In this document: positions 1 to 5,933 of the stretch, one piece after another
Numbering within the stretch: the stretch's first letter is position 1
Layout of the letters: every line of letters starts with the position of its first letter
Source of the DNA: Fonticula alba ATCC 38817
Taxonomy: Eukaryota; Protista; Nucleariida
Direction: 5' to 3' (one strand)
Assembly (NCBI GenBank): GCA_000388065.2
Contig: KB932202.1
Length of the DNA: 5,933 nt
Notes under the pieces: generated by a model
What the model was told of the DNA's origin: nothing
The model's database searches: none
What the model saw: only the letters and a program-made list of their open reading frames with translations
Translations under genes and position numbers: made by a program

Positions 1-34
1 CACGACCATTTTTTTACCCCCCTCTTCCTCAGAA
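1..34 (+). repeat. Direct repeat copy 1 (34 bp, identical to 4039-4072)
   Basis: cacgaccatttttttacccccctcttcctcagaa is present verbatim at both places. Confidence 0.97.
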
Positions 35-64
35 ACCGAACCCCGAAAAGTGATCCACCGCGTG

Positions 65-895
65 TCAGATGCCGGCCCCCCCCCCCCCCCCCCTCCGCGC
101 TTGTCTGCTCTTTTTTCTTCTTTTTCTCATGCGCGCCGCGCCAGCACACAGGGTGCTTTTCTTCCGCCGCAGACGGCGCGCACAAAGGCACCTGGTGACT
201 GCCTGTGCGTGTGCGTGTGCGTGTGCGTGTGCGTGCATGTCAGAAAGCCTGCGCCCGTGATGCTCACACATCGGCCGGGTGCGCCGGCCAAGCGGGCCGG
301 TGAAAGATAGAGTAGCGGCGCACGTAGTCAGGTGGGCGCCAATGTCCAGTACCCCGGGGGCCATCGTGGCCAAGGCGCTTGTCACCCAATCGGGGCTGTG
401 TAGACACCATAATCGTCAGAAGGATGGCAAAAGGGGCTGGGGCATGAAACGAAACAGGGCGCACAAGTTCTTGGAGGCGCCCGTTGGCGTTGCACCATCG
501 GGGGCCTTGGCAGAGGGAAGCTCTCCGGGGCCGGCGAGAGTCTGGGCCGGGGCAGCGGCAGCGGCAGCGGCCTTGCCAGCAGGCACAACACCCCTGGACA
601 CGGTGCGGGCCAGGTCGTCCCAGAAGGAGGCCGGGGCCTGCGACAGAGTCGGATCCGCGGCCAAATAGTCATCGGCCAGCAGGAGCAGGCGCCCAAGCGA
701 GCGCTGGTGCTCGTCTGCCGGCAGACCATCCCACCCAGTGGGGAAGAGAGCCCCATCGTCATTGTCATCCTCATCATCCTCCTCCCCCGAGAGGGCGCCC
801 TCCGAGCAGGATCCGACCGAAGAGGTGAGCTCCCCCTCGGAGGGGGCGGGATCTAGAAGAGGCTGGGGGGCCGGTGTGGTGGAAGTTACAATCAT
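65..895 (-). CDS. Probable spliced gene of unknown function, 3' part: exon ~862/895 to 465, intron 464-396, exon 395 to 65 at most. Acidic tract and Ala-rich linker. Both ends uncertain.
   Basis: ORFs 416..895 and 65..385 are in the same frame and separated only by one TGA (418-416), which lies inside a 69-nt GTGCGC...CTGAC...ACACAG intron. The spliced peptide reads ...GEEDDEDDNDDGALFPTGWDGLPADEHQRSLGRLLLLADDYLAADP...GASKN-F-PDWVTSALATMAPGVLDIGAHLTTCAATLSFTG..., 253 aa if ATG 895 and TGA 67-65 are used. The ATG at 895 may instead lie in an intron end (GTAAC at 889-885, CAG acceptor at 863). No family recognised. Confidence 0.6.
205..234 (+). repeat. (GTGCGT)5 hexanucleotide microsatellite
   Basis: Five perfect tandem GTGCGT units. 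Confidence 0.95.
396..464 (-). other. Predicted 69-nt phase-2 intron of the left minus-strand gene
   Basis: The minus strand reads GTGCGC cctgtttcgtttcatgccccagccccttttgccatcctt CTGAC gattatggtgtctaca CAG. It has the same donor hexamer as GAPDH intron 2 and similar branch-to-AG spacing (~20 nt), is pyrimidine-rich and 3n in length, and removes the only stop between two same-frame ORFs. Confidence 0.7.
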
Positions 896-910
896 GGGCG
901 CGCGGGCGGA

Positions 911-939
911 GGGGGGGGGGGGGGGGGGGAGGGGGGGGG

Positions 940-980
<41 letters not shown>

Positions 981-1046
981 CGTGGGAGCGTGTGGGGGGG
1001 GGGGGGGGTGAGTCAGCCAAGGGGGGGGGGGAGGGGGGGGCGTGGG
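911..1046 (+). repeat. Poly-G / G-run low-complexity tract abutting the first gap (continues as G12 at 1189-1200)
   Basis: G19-A-G11-A-G38 at 911-980, then further G runs up to the N gap. Confidence 0.9.
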
Positions 1047-1188
1047 NNNNNNNNNNNNNNNNNNNNNNNNNNNNNNNNNNNNNNNNNNNNNNNNNNNNNN
1101 NNNNNNNNNNNNNNNNNNNNNNNNNNNNNNNNNNNNNNNNNNNNNNNNNNNNNNNNNNNNNNNNNNNNNNNNNNNNNNNNNNNNNNNN
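1047..1188. other. Assembly gap (142 N), flanked by G runs on both sides
   Basis: Run of N. Confidence 0.99.
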
Positions 1189-2073
1189 GGGGGGGGGGGG
1201 CGAAGAATCGGAACGACAGCGAGGAGGGCTCAGGAGGGGGGCGATGCACTCGGGACGCCGATCCCCTCCCGCACGAGCAGGCCCGCAGACTCTTCAAGCT
1301 TGGGCATGGTCAGGTCCGGACGCGATCGGCGCCCCCGGGGCCCGAGAGGTGGCAGCTCGGGTGCGAGTGACGCCGCCATGTGATGAGCGACCCACATGTC
1401 TCCACCGGGGCGTGTTGGGCCCGTGCGGGACGAGCGGGGGGCTTTTGTTTCCGCGGTTCGTTCGCGCCCACCCCCGCCGTCCGCGGGCTTCTAGTGTCTA
1501 TTCCGGGTGTTCGCATTTTCTCCCGCCCTTTGGCTGGCTGGCTGGTTGGGGGGGGGGGGGGGCTTCTCGCCACATTTCCCATGAATAATGGAATCATGAC
1601 GCCACAAGAACGGCGCGTCGACCGGTATGTGTCCGCCCCATCGACTGGCCATCACTGTGCGCCAGCTCGCCCGGGAGGGGGTGTTTCTCGTTTCGCAGGG
1701 GGGGGGGGCCGGGCGGGGGACACTTGTTGTCCGGGCGTTCACGACCGGCTTGTACTCCTCCCGAAAGGGGCCAGGGGGGGCCATAATATGCCAGTCCAGA
1801 CCGTCCACCAACCGATGCGGGTGCGTCCTGTGTCCAGCACACCGCGGCGAGGGCGGCGTACTACGTCCTCGGCCCAGCTGGGCTCGCCGGAGCCCGGCTC
1901 GGGTGGTCGTCACAGTGCCTTGTCCCCGGCCGCCGCCCCCCGGGCTGGACCGGGCCGGGCCGGGCCGGGAGGCAGGGAAACGCCCAGAAGCCGCGGTTGC
2001 CCCCCGTACCCTCGCATGCGACCTTGGCGTGAGCCCGCCGGCGCGCTCGCCACCCGGCCGCCGGGCAGAGTGA

Positions 2074-3767
<1,694 letters not shown>

Positions 3768-4038
3768 ATGCCCGCCCAGGCAGGGGCGTCGTCCCCTCGT
3801 TCGGTTCCTCCCTCTCCCGCCGTTGGATAGGGGGGGGAGCGTCCGGCGTCGCGCACATGTGGCGCCTGATCGCCATGAAGCCCCAAGGGAAAAGCACCCC
3901 AAAAGGGGGGAGCAGGGAGAGGGGAGGCGGCGTGCAGTCAACACGCCGGCCCCTCTCCTCCTGCCGCGCCCCCTGCGCGCCGTGCGCTGTGCAAAGTTTG
4001 TCTCCCTGGCGGCGGCAGGCGGCGCACACACACGCCCA

Positions 4039-4072
4039 CACGACCATTTTTTTACCCCCCTCTTCCTCAGAA
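4039..4072 (+). repeat. Direct repeat copy 2 (34 bp, identical to 1-34), ends exactly at the N gap
   Basis: Exact match to window bases 1-34. It lies 272 nt downstream of the GAPDH stop codon. Confidence 0.97.
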
Positions 4073-4857
4073 NNNNNNNNNNNNNNNNNNNNNNNNNNNN
4101 NNNNNNNNNNNNNNNNNNNNNNNNNNNNNNNNNNNNNNNNNNNNNNNNNNNNNNNNNNNNNNNNNNNNNNNNNNNNNNNNNNNNNNNNNNNNNNNNNNNN
4201 NNNNNNNNNNNNNNNNNNNNNNNNNNNNNNNNNNNNNNNNNNNNNNNNNNNNNNNNNNNNNNNNNNNNNNNNNNNNNNNNNNNNNNNNNNNNNNNNNNNN
4301 NNNNNNNNNNNNNNNNNNNNNNNNNNNNNNNNNNNNNNNNNNNNNNNNNNNNNNNNNNNNNNNNNNNNNNNNNNNNNNNNNNNNNNNNNNNNNNNNNNNN
4401 NNNNNNNNNNNNNNNNNNNNNNNNNNNNNNNNNNNNNNNNNNNNNNNNNNNNNNNNNNNNNNNNNNNNNNNNNNNNNNNNNNNNNNNNNNNNNNNNNNNN
4501 NNNNNNNNNNNNNNNNNNNNNNNNNNNNNNNNNNNNNNNNNNNNNNNNNNNNNNNNNNNNNNNNNNNNNNNNNNNNNNNNNNNNNNNNNNNNNNNNNNNN
4601 NNNNNNNNNNNNNNNNNNNNNNNNNNNNNNNNNNNNNNNNNNNNNNNNNNNNNNNNNNNNNNNNNNNNNNNNNNNNNNNNNNNNNNNNNNNNNNNNNNNN
4701 NNNNNNNNNNNNNNNNNNNNNNNNNNNNNNNNNNNNNNNNNNNNNNNNNNNNNNNNNNNNNNNNNNNNNNNNNNNNNNNNNNNNNNNNNNNNNNNNNNNN
4801 NNNNNNNNNNNNNNNNNNNNNNNNNNNNNNNNNNNNNNNNNNNNNNNNNNNNNNNNN
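4073..4857. other. Assembly gap (785 N)
   Basis: Run of N. Confidence 0.99.
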
Positions 4858-5917
4858 ATCCTGCTTCTGCGGGGCGGGGCAAACACCCAAACGCGGGTCC
4901 CAGGCCGATCGCCCCGCCCCCCGACGGTGCCCCGGCGCCGAGACCGATCCCAGGGGGGAGGCGGGAAGAGGGGCACACCACCGCCCCCCCCCCCCCCCCC
5001 CCCCCCCCCCCGGGGGAGGGGCCGGCGGGGGTGTCACGCCACCGTCGTGCCTTGGGAGCTGGCGGCCCCCTTCCCCCCCCCCCCAAGGCCCCTGGTCTTT
5101 CTCATAGGCACCAGCCGAAGGGTGAGAAACAAGCCATGAGCCTGAGAGCGTTCTGGTGCGATAGGCCGCCCCTCGGAATGCCATTGTTCGGTCAGGAGAT
5201 GCCTGGGGTGCCAGAGTTAAGGGCCGGCGGGGCGGCGCGCAGGCGTGTGATCCCAAACGCCGCGTGCCAGTGCGTCGGGCCAGCGGGCTCCCCGGGCACG
5301 GAGGGAGGGGCAGGCAACCGGCCCAGGGAGACGGCCGACGAGGCGGGCACCCAGCGCGCCCCTTCACCGGAGTGGCCGGCGCGACCGGCGCACAATGGGA
5401 CCGATCAAGCCTCCCCCTCGCAACATGATCCACTGTCGAGGGGGGGCTGGCGAGGAGAGGGGCACGCCCTTCGCCCGGTTGCTCGGCGGCGCCGTTCGCG
5501 AGCGGGTTGCAGGAAAAATGGGCCTCCGCACGGAGCCCCAGGACCAATGGGCAGAGCCCGGTCGAGGGCCCGGGCCGCCGGGAGAATGCCGCCACGGGCG
5601 AATACGCGCCGCCGCCCGGGGCCCCCCACCCCTTGGGGGGCGAGCACGAACGGGGGCGGCCTGGTGAACCGGATGAGACGCCGAGACAAAAACAGGGGCT
5701 CTCCAGCCTTGGCCCGGGGGAGCCGCGCGGCGTTGCCAGGAGTGGTGCTTTGATCGGGGAGAGCATGCTCGTATGGTGCTGCAGCTGCGGTGGCGGCGGC
5801 GGCGGCGGCGGCGGCTGTTGTTGCGCCAGCCACGCGCCGGGTAGCGCAGGGGCGGGCGCAGGCAGACGACCGAGCAGGGAGGGACAGGTCACGGCCGGCG
5901 TGAAACCGGGAGTTGGG
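4858..5917 (-). CDS. Probable internal exon(s) of a low-complexity Pro/Gln/Ser-rich protein gene; partial at both ends, exact exon limits unresolved
   Basis: An acceptor-like ccccccttacaCAG ends at 5918 and is followed by a frame open down to the gap ([67 protein letters not shown]...). Further intron-like signals: CTTAAC..CCCCAG at 5221-5203 and gtttgccccgccccgCAG at 4867. Long ORFs are common at this GC content, so the frame and extent are uncertain. Confidence 0.45.
5792..5815 (+). repeat. (GGC)8 trinucleotide repeat, giving the poly-Pro run of the minus-strand ORF
   Basis: Eight perfect GGC units, which translate as (CCG)n Pro in the 5916 frame. Confidence 0.9.
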
Positions 5918-5933
5918 CTGTGTAAGGGGGGGG

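Noticed and set aside
327-353. GVLDIGAHL as a SAM-binding methyltransferase motif I
   Set aside because: It lacks the following Gly (DIGAxxG/DxGxG), and no further motifs are recognisable. Too short to support a call.
416-418. In-frame TGA between two same-frame ORFs as selenocysteine, readthrough, alternative genetic code or pseudogene lesion
   Set aside because: It falls inside a well-formed 69-nt intron, and its TGA is part of the CTGAC branch motif. GAPDH uses TGG for Trp and has no recoded stops.
422-466. LCALFRFMPQPLLP resembling the RhoGAP 'LFLRELPEPLLP' motif
   Set aside because: This peptide is the read-through translation of the predicted intron, and no other RhoGAP features are visible.
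1380-1500. Box C-like GTGATGA (also on minus at 2092-2086) as a C/D snoRNA
   Set aside because: No box D (CTGA) within a plausible distance and no terminal stem in either case.
1581-1826. Plus-strand mini-gene using GTATGT(1625)...TTTCGCAG(1698) and GTGCGT(1821)
   Set aside because: The spliced product is short and unconvincing, and G-skew and codon pattern favour the minus strand here. Not excluded without RNA data.
3768-4072. Polyadenylation signal or terminator for GAPDH
   Set aside because: No AATAAA-like hexamer is visible. The T7 run at 4047-4053 is insufficient evidence on its own.

Overview
GC-rich eukaryotic genomic DNA from a draft assembly, with N gaps at 1047-1188 and 4073-4857 and many G/C homopolymers. 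The one firmly identifiable gene is a complete, intact, 4-exon cytosolic NAD-dependent glyceraldehyde-3-phosphate dehydrogenase (GAPDH/GapC) on the + strand: join(2409..2431,2523..2622,2713..3266,3443..3767), 333 aa, with three GT-AG introns and the standard genetic code. It is flanked on both sides by probable spliced minus-strand genes of unknown function. The left one is acidic and Ala-rich, and a 69-nt intron at 396-464 removes an apparent in-frame TGA. The right one is Pro/Gln/Ser-rich and runs into the large gap. The most notable structural signal is that bases 1-34 are identical to 4039-4072, the GAPDH 3' flank that stops at the large gap. This points to a ~4 kb tandem duplication containing GAPDH, or to a collapsed or mis-scaffolded assembly. 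I see no rRNA, tRNA, CRISPR array or recognisable mobile element, and no clear evidence of a novel biological system. The organism looks like a GC-rich protist with C-rich introns; Paratrimastix-like is only a guess.
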